A program made the position numbers and the translations under genes. From an uncultured Verrucomicrobiae bacterium (lineage in GTDB: Bacteria; Verrucomicrobiota; Verrucomicrobiia; Limisphaerales; UBA11358), in assembly GCA_963754775.1 (NCBI GenBank), contig CAVWHM010000023.1, forward strand, positions 94,481 to 158,480: a stretch of 64,000 bases of DNA. The letters are read 5' to 3'. Below are positions 38,594 through 47,861 of the stretch, one piece after another; position 1 is the first letter of the stretch, and the number at the start of each line of letters is the position of its first letter. Under the pieces are notes generated by a model that searched no databases, had not been told where the DNA came from, and worked only from the letters and a program-made list of their open reading frames with translations.

Positions 38594-40368
38594 ATGAATT
38601 TGCGCATCGGCGCAAGCTGGCTGCCGAACTTGAAACTGAATTCCCTCAAGACAAGGCTTCTGAATTGCGGGGGCGCGCTGGGCCGCATTTTTAGCCGTCG
38701 GAATGGTGGCCCCTCATCCTGCTGCTGTTTTTTGAATTGTTCATGGTGCTTTCATCTGAGCGTGTCCTACTTCTTTCTGGTCAGAAACTACATCACCCGT
38801 GGCGATACCATGAACCGCTATGTGTTCAATGCCGGTTCGGAAAAGTTCTACCAACTGGACCAACCCATCATGGGTGCGCACTGGGACAGCCGCCTGTCGG
38901 GCTTGCTGTTTTCCGGCGCGATGATTGATTTTGCAGTCAGGGAACACACCCTTACCGGGGAACAAATACTGGAGCGATTCAACAATGTTTTCGGATTGTA
39001 CCATGCTTTCTGGCTGCTGCTGTTGTTCCTGGCCGTCACTTTCGCCTTGCGCCATTCGCTGTTCATCAACCTCGGCATCTTCGCGGGATTGATGTATAAT
39101 TTTTCGCCCATCTCCGGGCCGTATTTTTATCCATGGGACATGCCGGCGATGTTGTTTTTTACACTGGCCGTTCTGTTTTTTGAGCGCCGGCAAATGTGGC
39201 TGATGGCGGTCGTGACTTGCGCCGGGTGTTTTTTCAAGGAAACCGTTTTGGTCTGCGCCCTGCTGGTGCTGTTCGCCGGTCACTGGAAGTGGGGAAAGCG
39301 GATTCTAACCTTTGCCGGCATCGTCACCGTGTACGTGCTGGGGAAAAAACTTCTGCTGAGCCAGTTACACCTCCAGGCGGCGGCGCTCTCACTGGGAGAT
39401 GCGACGAATTTGCGGGGGTGGCTCGCCCCCGCGCTCCCCATGGAAAACCTCGTTGAAAATCTCAAGGTGCTTTTTTCACCGACGCTCAACAGCGTCATTT
39501 TCGCCAACGCGGGAACCCTGGCGGCGGTGCTGGTGCTGGGCTGGCGCAGGCGTTTCCTGCCTTACATGACGGTAATCCTGGCGTTCATCGCCGGGTTGGT
39601 TCTGCTTCCTCTGAAGCCTGCCCGGCATTACTGAAGTTCGCGTTTTCATGCAAATCCTGCCATTGAGCCTCATCCTCTTGAGTGAGCGCTGGCTGGAACA
39701 GGCCGGGTCAGTTCCTGCCGGCGAGGGATCTGCTGGATTTACCCCGGCCTGGGCGGTGCGCAAGACCTTTCCGGTTCTGCTCCCAATGACTATCCTGCTG
39801 ATTGCGCTCTCCACCGGAGTTGCCGCCTGGCAGTATCATATCATCTTTGAAGACCTCCAGCCCGGCCACCGGGCGCGGTCTGAACTTGGCAAATACAACA
39901 TCGGGCCCCAAGGACCTTATCAGCAACCAGGAATTCTTACGTTCGGAGAATTCCTTTGCTGAATTAAAACTGGGCATGATTTCCATGGAAAACGGGCAGG
40001 ATTCCGCCGCCATCAATCATTACCAACGGGTGCTTGAGTCGGACACAAATTCAGTCATCGCCCTGAACAATCTTGCCTGGTTGCTGGCCACGGCTTCCGA
40101 CTCCGGCTTGCGCAACGGCCAGGAGGCAGTGCGTCTGGCCGAACAGGCCTGTCAATTAACTCATTACCAGGATGCCGCTTTGATCGAAACCCTGGCCGCC
40201 GCTTACGCCGAAGCCGGTCGCTTCAACGATGCGGTCGCCACCGCCCAAAAGGTCCGCACCGTGGCGCTGGCGCACGGACAGAAAGAGATTGCGGCAAGAA
40301 ATGAACAGTCCCTGGAACTGTATAAATCCGGTCGGGCTTACCACCAGGAAGCCAGGCCTGCCCCGTAA
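38594..40368 (+). CDS. paralog P3 of the membrane + TPR protein; 2 apparent frameshifts (about 39620 and 39930)
   Basis: ORFs 38594..39634, 39648..39962 and 39802..40368 are collinear with P2. The tail is LELYKSGRAYHQEARPAP. Confidence 0.6.
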
Positions 40369-40393
40369 ACCGTCCCCGAAGCCACGAGAAATT

Positions 40394-40440
40394 CTGGCAA
40401 GTCCGGCAGGACTTGAACCTGCAATCTTCTGATCCGAAGT
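40394..40440 (-). repeat. 47-bp copy of the tRNA-Arg 3' half (old att remnant), 3 mismatches to the 42080 copy
   Basis: ctggcaagtccggcaggacttgaacctgcaatcttctgatccgaagt compared with ctggcgcgtccggcaggacttgaacctgcaaccttctgatccgaagt. Confidence 0.8.
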
Positions 40441-40710
40441 AATCGAGGGTTTGTTTCTCCGCGTTTCTGTGGAGTGCGAGAAATTGCATCAAACACTTGT
40501 AAATTCAGCTCTTTATGTGTTGTGTATTCTGCCAAAACCGGGCGAAACCAGTAGTAAAAGCCGGTGACGTGTTACTACTCGTGTTGCGAGTGCTGGGATG
40601 AGGCTTTGAATCACCCGTCGCCCGCCTCGGATGCGCACAGGAAATCTTCCGCACCGGACTCGCGGTTCAACCCGCCGGCTGTTCAAAAGTGTGGGCAGCG
40701 ATGCCGGGCG

Positions 40711-41847
40711 TCAGAGCGAATCGGCGAACTTCTGCATCGCCTCCTCCTGTTTCTCGATGCTTTCCACCAGGCGGAACTGCGTGCGGCAGCGGTCGAGGTT
40801 GTGCCGCGGCCGGTGCACGCGGAAGTAAGTGTCGCCGCTGAGGAAATCCGTCAGGAACCGGATGCCGATGGTGAAGGTGATGAGTTTGCCGGAAAAGGCG
40901 ATGAGCGCGCGCTCCGCCTTGGTCAGAAACGGCCCGGTCCCTTCGAGATAACCCCGGGCCAGCGCCTTGAACATCGGCATGCCCATCTGGACCTTCGACA
41001 GGTCGAGCTCGTCCTCCAGCGTTGGGCTGGTCGTGGTGCGAATCATGTCGCCGAAATCATAGAGCACGCAGCCCGGCATGACCGTGTCGAGGTCCACCAC
41101 GCACATGGCTTTGCCGGTCTCGATGTCGAGCATCACGTTGTTGAACTTGGTGTCATTGTGTGTGATGCGCTCCGGGATTTTGCCCTTGGCCAGGCCGTGA
41201 AGGATCACATCCACGATTTTCTCCTGTTTACAGGCAAACTGGATTTCGGCTTTGGCCTCGACCGCGCGGTTGAACTTGTCCTCCGCGACGGCCTTTTGCA
41301 GCGCCGCAAAGCGCCGGCGCGTGTCGTGAAAATGAGGAATCGTCTCCGCCAGGCGCTTGCCGGCCAGGTCCACCAGCAGGCTTTGGAACCGCCCGAAGGC
41401 CTTGCCCGCTTCATAGGCCTGGATCGGCGATTCCACCGTCTCGTAGGTGCGCGCGCGCTCGACAAACGCGAACGTGCGCCAGCATTCGCCGGCGGGCGAC
41501 GTGAAATACGTCCGGCCCTCGCGCGTCGGGATGACCGTGAGCGTGCGGCGCGACACGTCCCTCACACCATGCTCCGCCAGCTTGCGGCGCTGGTGGGAGG
41601 TAACGCGCTCGATGTTGTCCATCACCGCGTCCGGATGCTTGAACACCTTCGTGTTGAGCTTCTGGTGCACATAGCGCACGTGTACGCCGCCCTGGTTGTA
41701 GGCGGCGATGTAGGTTTCGTTGATGTGCCCAATCTTGCACGGCTCGGCGTGGAGCAGGTCGCCGTAGATCTGAAACTGCCGCGAGACTTCGAGAATTTGC
41801 GCTTCCTGGTAGTCGTCCATAAGGTCGGGGTCATTAAACACCAGCAC
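40711..41847 (-). CDS. APH-fold phosphotransferase, N-acetylhexosamine-1-kinase-like
   Basis: 378-aa intact ORF with KIGHINETY, ITHNDTKFNNVMLD (catalytic loop) and VVDLDTVMPG. The resemblance to NahK/LnpB-type kinases is from memory. Confidence 0.6.
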   Translation of the reverse strand: MLVFNDPDLMDDYQEAQILEVSRQFQIYGDLLHAEPCKIGHINETYIAAYNQGGVHVRYVHQKLNTKVFKHPDAVMDNIERVTSHQRRKLAEHGVRDVSRRTLTVIPTREGRTYFTSPAGECWRTFAFVERARTYETVESPIQAYEAGKAFGRFQSLLVDLAGKRLAETIPHFHDTRRRFAALQKAVAEDKFNRAVEAKAEIQFACKQEKIVDVILHGLAKGKIPERITHNDTKFNNVMLDIETGKAMCVVDLDTVMPGCVLYDFGDMIRTTTSPTLEDELDLSKVQMGMPMFKALARGYLEGTGPFLTKAERALIAFSGKLITFTIGIRFLTDFLSGDTYFRVHRPRHNLDRCRTQFRLVESIEKQEEAMQKFADSL

Positions 41848-42079
41848 AGCCAGAACTCAAGCAAATCGCCAGCCCGCACCGCTGCCGGATAGTCAGGGCG
41901 GGTTCACCGTTGTCTTGTCCTGTTCCTTCTTCCCTCTGTTGTTTCGGCGCGTGGCGTGGACAATATTTGCAGCCGTGCCAAAGTGGAGCGTTTCAAAACG
42001 CCGGCTGCTGCTTTTGGTACAACTCGCCGATTTTGCGAGTCGCTGAGGGGACAGAAAAACGCGAAAAACCCAATAAAAT

Positions 42080-42126
42080 CTGGCGCGTCCGGCAGGACTT
42101 GAACCTGCAACCTTCTGATCCGAAGT
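42080..42126 (-). repeat. 47-bp direct repeat equal to the 3' half of tRNA-Arg (distal att site of the integrative element)
   Basis: 46/47 identical to 61561-61607. The only difference is a/g at the base corresponding to tRNA position 39. Identity ends exactly after ccgaagt, in the anticodon loop. Confidence 0.9.
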
Positions 42127-42167
42127 TATTTCCTTGACAGTTTTGACGGGTTGCCTAAAATCGCCTC

Positions 42168-43670
42168 ATGCAGCGAGAAAAGCAAGCAAATATGCCTATG
42201 AAATCAATATCTTTGAGCAATCCGGCAAAACCCGCCGCAACCCCGGTTGCAACGGGTCGCAACCTGAAAAGTGGCAGCAAAGTGGCAGCATTTTCCGACG
42301 AGCACGAACCCGCAAAATGGGCGGGCCGTTGGTCGAATCTGGCCGCCGACCACGTGAAGCGATGGGAAAAGCGTCTCTACGTCCCGAAATCCGGCCACGA
42401 GGGGGATGTTGTTGAAGCCCGCCGACTCGCCGTGCGGATTCAACACCTGGGCAGGCGCGAAGAATTTCGGTTCGAGACTACGAACCGCCAGGCTGCCGCC
42501 ATTCAAGCACTGGAAGTGTTCCGTTTCCTCAAATCGAATGGCTGGCCGGCCACGCTCGCCAAATACAAGCCCGAAGTCGAAAAGGTGAAACTCAACACCA
42601 CGATTGGCGATTACCTCGTCGCCGTCCATGATACGAACCGCCTGCGCTCCCGCACTTTTTTGAACTATCAAAACGCGCTGCGAACCGTCGCCGCCGAAAT
42701 CTTCGCCGTGAAGCTGGACAAAGGCGCGTCGAAATTCGATTACCGGAGCGGCAACCGCGAGCAAAGCGGGCGCGCCACATGGATTGGGAAGATTGACGCG
42801 CACCGGCTGGGCGAACTCACGCTGGAAAAGGTCACGGATTGGAAGCGCAAACGCGTCGTCCGCGCCGGAAACTCGCCCGCTGCCATCGCCTCCGCCAAGC
42901 GCACGGTCAACTCTTACATACGCTGTGCCCGCTCACTGTTCGCCCCCGGCATCGTCCGCGAAGTGAAGGGGCTGACGCTGCCCGACACGCTGCCCTTTGT
43001 CGGCGTTGAACTCGAAGAAACCGGCTCGATGAAATACGTCAGCAAGATCAACGCGCAAACCCTCATCGCCGCCGCAAAGCGCGACCTCAAAACCAAAGAC
43101 CCGGAAGCCTACAAAGCTTTTCTGCTTGGTCTGTTCGCTGGCCTGCGAAAAGCCGAAATTGATTCGTTGGAATGGGGGATGATTGATTTTTCGGACAACA
43201 TCATCCGGCTGGAACAAACCGAATGGCTGCACCTGAAAACTGACGATTCCGCCGCCGAAATCACCGTTGACCCCGAAGTGCTGGTCGAACTTCGCGCCAT
43301 GATACCGGAGCCAACAGACAAGCCGGCACAATGGAAGCAATTTGTTCTCGTCGGCACTCGTCCGCCGCGTCCCGAATCACCCCGGCCCTATTACCGCTGC
43401 GAAGAAACGTTTGAGCGGTTGAACGCATGGCTGCGGAGCAAGGGCATCACCGCCAACAAACCGCTGCACGAACTGCGGAAGGAACTCGGCGCCCTGATTG
43501 CGACTGAGCAGGGCATATACGCCGCGAGCCGTTTTTTGCGGCATTCCGACATATCCACCACCGCGCGCCACTACGCCGACCACAAGGCACGCATCAGCGT
43601 CGGTTTAGGCAAATACCTCGACACGTCCATCGGTGTTCCCTCGCAGCGAGCCAAAGCCGCCGTCGCATGA
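42168..43670 (+). CDS. tyrosine recombinase / phage-type integrase
   Basis: 500-aa intact ORF with C-terminal catalytic signature GLRKAEI (R), HELRKELG (HxxR), FLRHSDISTT (H) and ARHYAD (Y). The true start is uncertain, because the arm-type repeat lies at codons 34-41. Confidence 0.85.
   Translation: MQREKQANMPMKSISLSNPAKPAATPVATGRNLKSGSKVAAFSDEHEPAKWAGRWSNLAADHVKRWEKRLYVPKSGHEGDVVEARRLAVRIQHLGRREEFRFETTNRQAAAIQALEVFRFLKSNGWPATLAKYKPEVEKVKLNTTIGDYLVAVHDTNRLRSRTFLNYQNALRTVAAEIFAVKLDKGASKFDYRSGNREQSGRATWIGKIDAHRLGELTLEKVTDWKRKRVVRAGNSPAAIASAKRTVNSYIRCARSLFAPGIVREVKGLTLPDTLPFVGVELEETGSMKYVSKINAQTLIAAAKRDLKTKDPEAYKAFLLGLFAGLRKAEIDSLEWGMIDFSDNIIRLEQTEWLHLKTDDSAAEITVDPEVLVELRAMIPEPTDKPAQWKQFVLVGTRPPRPESPRPYYRCEETFERLNAWLRSKGITANKPLHELRKELGALIATEQGIYAASRFLRHSDISTTARHYADHKARISVGLGKYLDTSIGVPSQRAKAAVA
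42267..42291 (+). promoter_or_regulatory. 25-bp repeat aaaaGTGGCAGCAaaGTGGCAGCAt (candidate arm-type integrase binding site), left copy
   Basis: Perfectly identical to 61465-61489 in the same orientation. Internally it holds two GTGGCAGCA direct repeats. Confidence 0.5.
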
Positions 43671-44128
43671 AGAAACAGGCTGCTCCAAATCAAAGTGCCT
43701 TGCGTCGGAATCTTCTGGAACGCATCCGCGAGGCTTCGTTCCCTGCCGATTTTGACAAGTTCCATTGGCGGGAGTTGGAAGACGCCGGGTTGCTGGGTGG
43801 CTTTGTGAATCAGGGCTTGGACGCAAAGACATTCCGGCTCTTCGTGTTGCTCGCCACACAAGCAAAGGAACTACGCAAACAGCGCGACCGGCTGGCTCGC
43901 CGCGTTGAACTCTTGGAGCACTACCATTCGCCCCAGTGGGATGCCGTTTGGGAAGAACCATGCCCTATCAAAGCGGCCGCGCTTCGGCGCGAAGCGGAGG
44001 CAGACGACGCTCGCATCAACGAGCAGCGCCGCAAACAACGCGATCCGCTCGCGGGCTTTTTGGAAATGTTGGGCAAGGTTAAACGGCGCGACTGGGAGTT
44101 TCGAGACAAACGGCGGCGTCATCGCTGA
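43667..44128 (+). CDS. hypothetical protein (island)
   Basis: 153-aa ORF sharing ATGA with the integrase stop. Basic, coiled-coil-like C-terminus. No family recognised. Confidence 0.45.
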   Translation: MKKQAAPNQSALRRNLLERIREASFPADFDKFHWRELEDAGLLGGFVNQGLDAKTFRLFVLLATQAKELRKQRDRLARRVELLEHYHSPQWDAVWEEPCPIKAAALRREAEADDARINEQRRKQRDPLAGFLEMLGKVKRRDWEFRDKRRRHR

Positions 44129-44155
44129 TTCCGAGCCGTCTTGTGGCACGAGCCA

Positions 44156-44596
44156 ATGTCCGTAATGGACTACCACGAAGCGACGGGGTTAAGCCGCCGC
44201 ACAATTCAGAACAGGCTCGACCGTCTTGGTGCCCGACCAATCGCCGGGCGCAAGCGGCCTAACGAGCCAGCGCGCTATGGTCCGGGAGCGAATCATGCAT
44301 TGCTGTGCGACTGGCTTATCCGATACGTCAAAAACCCGAATGCGCGCCGCGGATGGCTCGCTCGCACACTGGTTCACTGCCAACACGAGACGCCGACGCA
44401 TTATGCTCAATTGTGTGAATCCATCCGGCCAGTGTTGGAATCTTTGAGTATTCAAACGACGGCGCAACGCCAGCAATTCGTTCGTTACTTGGGGGAGTGC
44501 AAAGTGATACTCCATCCACCGCCACCGCCGCCGACTTTTTTGGAAGACCCTCTTTCCATCCTAGGCATAAGCGGCCTCCAGGTCGCGTCTCAATAA
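44156..44596 (+). CDS. hypothetical HTH-containing protein (island)
   Basis: MSVMDYHEATGLSRRTIQNRLDRLG is helix-turn-helix-like. The remainder is unrecognised. Confidence 0.45.
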   Translation: MSVMDYHEATGLSRRTIQNRLDRLGARPIAGRKRPNEPARYGPGANHALLCDWLIRYVKNPNARRGWLARTLVHCQHETPTHYAQLCESIRPVLESLSIQTTAQRQQFVRYLGECKVILHPPPPPPTFLEDPLSILGISGLQVASQ

Positions 44597-44808
44597 CGTC
44601 GGCTGGCACTGTCCATTTGGTCATGGGCTGTGGGAAAATCCGGGCTTCTCCAAGCTTGTTTTTTTCTTTTGAGAAACATTCCGGCCAATTTCCGTGGGAA
44701 AACCGTCCCTCTTTTTCGCTTTAGTGCGTCCGTGTGACTTACGTTGTGGCCGTCAACACTGCGTTGACCTTCGTTGTGTGCTGCAACGATGAGCCGGGGA
44801 ATAAACAG

Positions 44809-45057
44809 ATGATTGATCAAGTTGAACAGCCGGCAGCCGGCAGGCCTGCCGCGAGCAAAACCACCCGTGGGACAGACGGCAGCAAATTCTTCACGCCGCG
44901 CCAGGTGGCAGACCGCTGGGGTTGGCATGTGGAAAGTGTGCGCCGGGCCATTCGCCAAAGGCGGATTGAATCGGTCGTGCTTTCCCGCCGGCTGCTCGTG
45001 CCCGTTGAGGAGGTCGAGCGGCTTGAACGCGAAGGACGCATAGCCCGCGCTGCTTGA
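44809..45057 (+). CDS. excisionase-family / MerR-like HTH DNA-binding protein
   Basis: KFFTPRQVADRWGWHVESVRRAIRQRRIESVVLSRRLLVPVEEVERLE matches the excisionase-type helix-turn-helix pattern. Confidence 0.6.
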   Translation: MIDQVEQPAAGRPAASKTTRGTDGSKFFTPRQVADRWGWHVESVRRAIRQRRIESVVLSRRLLVPVEEVERLEREGRIARAA

Positions 45058-45119
45058 AAGCCGGTCGTCTTCACCGACCAAATCGGTGAAGACGACTGGC
45101 AAAGCAGGATTACCAGATT

Positions 45120-45764
45120 ATGAGTAACAGCGACACGGAGTCACAGAGTTACGGAGACACTGACGACACGCAGGACTCGAAGGACGTTCCGCCCCTTGCA
45201 ACGTCCGTAAAGACGCTGCAAGAGGCGGTCCAACTCTCCCTCAAGGATGGCCTGACTGACAAGTGCCTGTTCATCTTCGCACGTGCGCTCAAGTCTTTTG
45301 AAAGAACTCATAACCGCCCCCTGCCGCCAAAAGAGTTGGACGCAGCTTTCGCGCTTTGGTGGAGCGCGGCGACGCCGCTGCTGACGCCTGCTGACGACTT
45401 CGACGAATGGCGACTCGATTTCCTGGCCACGTTCTCAAAGACGAAGTCACCGCTCGGCTCGAACTCACTTCAGGAAGCCATACTTCGTGCCAAGGCCGGT
45501 CCAATGCCGCCTCAAGCCGAACGTTACACCAATCCCAAAATCAAGCTCCTGGTCGCCGTCTGCTGCCACCTACAACTGCTGCAAGGCGATAGCCCCTTTT
45601 TCCTCAGCGCCCGCGCCGCCGCAAAGGTCATGGAGATGAAGAATCCTGAGCAGGCAAGTGCCATATTGACCGGACTTGTGTTCGATGGTGTTTTAACCGA
45701 AGTGAAGAAGGGCACACGCGCCGGAAGGCGGGCCACCCGATTTCGGTTCAACTTCGGCGAGTGA
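45120..45764 (+). CDS. hypothetical protein (island), acidic N-terminus, possible winged-helix C-terminus
   Basis: 214-aa intact ORF. No family recognised. Confidence 0.4.
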   Translation: MSNSDTESQSYGDTDDTQDSKDVPPLATSVKTLQEAVQLSLKDGLTDKCLFIFARALKSFERTHNRPLPPKELDAAFALWWSAATPLLTPADDFDEWRLDFLATFSKTKSPLGSNSLQEAILRAKAGPMPPQAERYTNPKIKLLVAVCCHLQLLQGDSPFFLSARAAAKVMEMKNPEQASAILTGLVFDGVLTEVKKGTRAGRRATRFRFNFGE

Positions 45765-45955
45765 TCTTGTAGCGCACGCGGCAGCTCCGCGCCGCCGCGC
45801 CGGCACACGGCCCGCCCGTGCGCGAGACGCAGTGGCGGGATGGTGCCCGGATGCGCCTCGGCTCGATTCCGGCCCGAAACGCGCGGCACACGCAACCCGA
45901 CACAACCCATAGTGCAAGCAGGCTTGCTGGGCAGACCGCCTCCTTTTGAAATGAA

Positions 45956-46330
45956 TTTTTCCGCCAGCCAATGGGTTTTAAGTGCGGGTAGATAGACCTC
46001 CTGCCTGGGGCAATACCCGCTGCCCTTGTTTGAAGGGGGCCAGTTTTCCCCGGGCCCGCCTGCCTTTCTTTTTAACTGGCGCACTTTTCCCCGCCAGCGA
46101 ATCTCGCCGACAGCCAAACCCAGCCTGTCCTTTTGGAAAACTTTTCCGGGCGATCTAACCCGTGTCCGCCGTCGAACGCTCGCAAATGTCCGTTTTGAGC
46201 CTGCTGCTTTTATTAAGCCGTGCTACTTTTTTATACATGTATTTTTACTCGCGTACTTTTCTCAGAGCGCCGCTATTTCGGCCCGTTGCCGGTCCGTCCT
46301 TTTCAGAACTTGGATACTTTTCCCGGCTTC
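45956..46330. repeat. ORF-poor region with about 10 dispersed CTTTTCC / ACTTTTC motifs (iteron-like)
   Basis: tttttccgccagcc 45956; cagttttccccgggcc 46041; cacttttccccgccagcg 46082; gtccttttggaaaacttttccgggcg 46127-46152; tacttttttata 46224; cgtacttttctcag 46252; gtccttttcagaac 46296; gatacttttcccggc 46313. Confidence 0.5.
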
Positions 46331-46788
46331 ACCCCTCATGCTGACTTGATGCCGTCCTTGTTCGCAAAAAAACGGCCACCGTCAGCTAACGTTTGGCCGT
46401 CTTGCCTGCACCAGCCGACGGCTTACGGTAATTCACCGGCCCGGGTTCACGCAAAACGGTGGGTTTGGCCAGCGCGCTTTCGAGGATCAACACGCTGCCG
46501 TCACGGTAAGTCACCACGGCGCTGCCGTCCGCGAATCGTTGGCGTCGCGGCCGTGCTTCTGTCTTGCTGGTTCTCTGTGGTGGACGTGGCATTGTGCGTC
46601 AGGTGAATTTCGCTCCTTTCTGCCACTGGCGCAAGCTGGCTCGCCGGTCTCAAAAAAAATCGCGCGCGACGGCCCGGCGTCAGCCACCATACACTCACCC
46701 TCTCCGCCTCGAACGGGGAGAACCGGCAGTTGTCTAATGAATCATGCCCTTCACTTCGTCACAAACATGAAAAACAACGTATGGAGAA

Positions 46789-47077
46789 TTGAATATGAAA
46801 CTGAACATTAAAGCATTCGCGCTCACCTGCGGTATCCTCTGGGGGCTGGGGCTGTTTTTTCTTACCTGGTGGTTCATCGCATTTGACGGTTCCACCGGCC
46901 AACCCACACTCATTGGCAAGATATATCGTGGCTATACGGTTTCCCCAATCGGCAGCGTCATAGGGCTGGTATATGCCTTTTTCGACGCTTTGATCGGCGG
47001 CGCGATTATTTGCGTGGCTCTACAACAAAATAGCGGGTTGCACCGACGCCAAGCCGACAGGTGACAAAAGCGCCTGA
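46789..47077 (+). CDS. small 2-3 TM membrane protein (DUF5676-like from memory); one frameshift near 47005
   Basis: MKLNIKAFALTCGILWGLGLFFLTWWFIAFDG...YAFFDALIGGAI, then LFAWLYNKIAG... in the next frame, ending at TGA 47075-47077. Confidence 0.45.
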
Positions 47078-47123
47078 CCCGCTTCGAGCAATGCGGGATG
47101 GCACGGCAATCGTTCTGCACCCC

Positions 47124-47207
47124 TCAACTTTCAACTTTCAACCTTCAACCTGCTCAAATACACGCCGGATGAACTGAATTCCACACTCCGCATTCCGCAT
47201 TCCGCAT
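47124..47207. repeat. two short tandem heptamer arrays (TCAACTT x4 degenerate; TCCGCAT x3)
   Basis: tcaactt tcaactt tcaacct tcaacct at 47124-47151. tccgcat x3 at 47187-47207. Confidence 0.8.
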
Positions 47208-47303
47208 TCGGGATGGCCAGAGTTGCCCGACGGCCATGCCTCGATTTGAACACGGTTAGCAGTTAATTTTCAACTGCGACGTTCGCAGATTTGCATTGAA
47301 GTG

Positions 47304-47861
47304 CTAAGAAAGAATGAAGCCCAATCCTTTCAGGACGAGACGCGTGGTGGGGCGGCTTAGTCTCTCTCCCCTTCCGTGAAATCCTCGCAAGTCGCCAAAT
47401 GGATAAAACGCCGATAAAGTGAAGACATGGTCGTTGAACTCCCTAGCATAATCCAGAACATCAACGATGGCCTGTCTCATCATTGCATCCGTTGGTCTGC
47501 TGCCGTGCATGACTTTGTCGCGAACGGACTCTGCATCCTTTAATTTTTTTGCCGCGGACGGTTTAACAGACTGGCCGAACAGGGATTCAAACAAAGCCCT
47601 GAAACTATCCCGCGTGAGATGTTGTTTTTGTATTACTTGGCGGGCCATATCGGCATCGGCGTGATGAAGTTTGACGACGCCGCAGTAAAGAGTGTCTCGG
47701 TGCGCCAACTCTACTCGATAGAACAAATAAGCAAGGCAGACTTCAAGGGGCAATGTTGGCTGAATCAAATCCGAAAAATACGTGAAGTGCGGCTGTACAC
47801 CCGCCGGCAAATTCGCAAAATGATTCAACAAACTGTTCCGGTTTGGGAATGGATTAGGCAT
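47304..47861 (-). CDS. HEPN-like protein (Rx4H motif), last gene of the restriction operon
   Basis: The start ATG overlaps the res stop (TAATG at 47859-47863). 185 aa, low GC, predicted all-helical. AESVRDKVMHG fits the HEPN Rx4-6H signature. Confidence 0.5.
   Translation of the reverse strand: MPNPFPNRNSLLNHFANLPAGVQPHFTYFSDLIQPTLPLEVCLAYLFYRVELAHRDTLYCGVVKLHHADADMARQVIQKQHLTRDSFRALFESLFGQSVKPSAAKKLKDAESVRDKVMHGSRPTDAMMRQAIVDVLDYAREFNDHVFTLSAFYPFGDLRGFHGRGERLSRPTTRLVLKGLGFILS

Noticed and set aside
40564-41892. Long ORFs antisense to well-supported genes: 40564..41892, 20370..21578, 21608..22729, 10776..11696, 4632..5633, 56981..57862, 32577..33581, 55410..56222
   Set aside because: These are typical high-GC shadow ORFs. 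Their products are Arg/Gly/His-rich and low-complexity with no motifs, while the opposite strand encodes clearly recognisable proteins (kinase, MurJ, TyrS, TMTC-like, ExeA-like, transposase, UDG, DnaE2).
40441-42079. The 1.6-kb unit between the two 47-bp tRNA-half repeats (NahK-like kinase) as an independent mobile island
   Set aside because: It is flanked by att-like repeats, but it has host-like high GC, a single metabolic gene and no mobility genes. It is best treated as a remnant of an older integration, or as native DNA trapped between events, not as an element in its own right.
46386-46592. 68-aa minus-strand ORF in the island's ORF-poor region
   Set aside because: It is short and Arg/Pro-rich, with no start context or motif. 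It overlaps similar-quality ORFs on the other strand, so support is insufficient.
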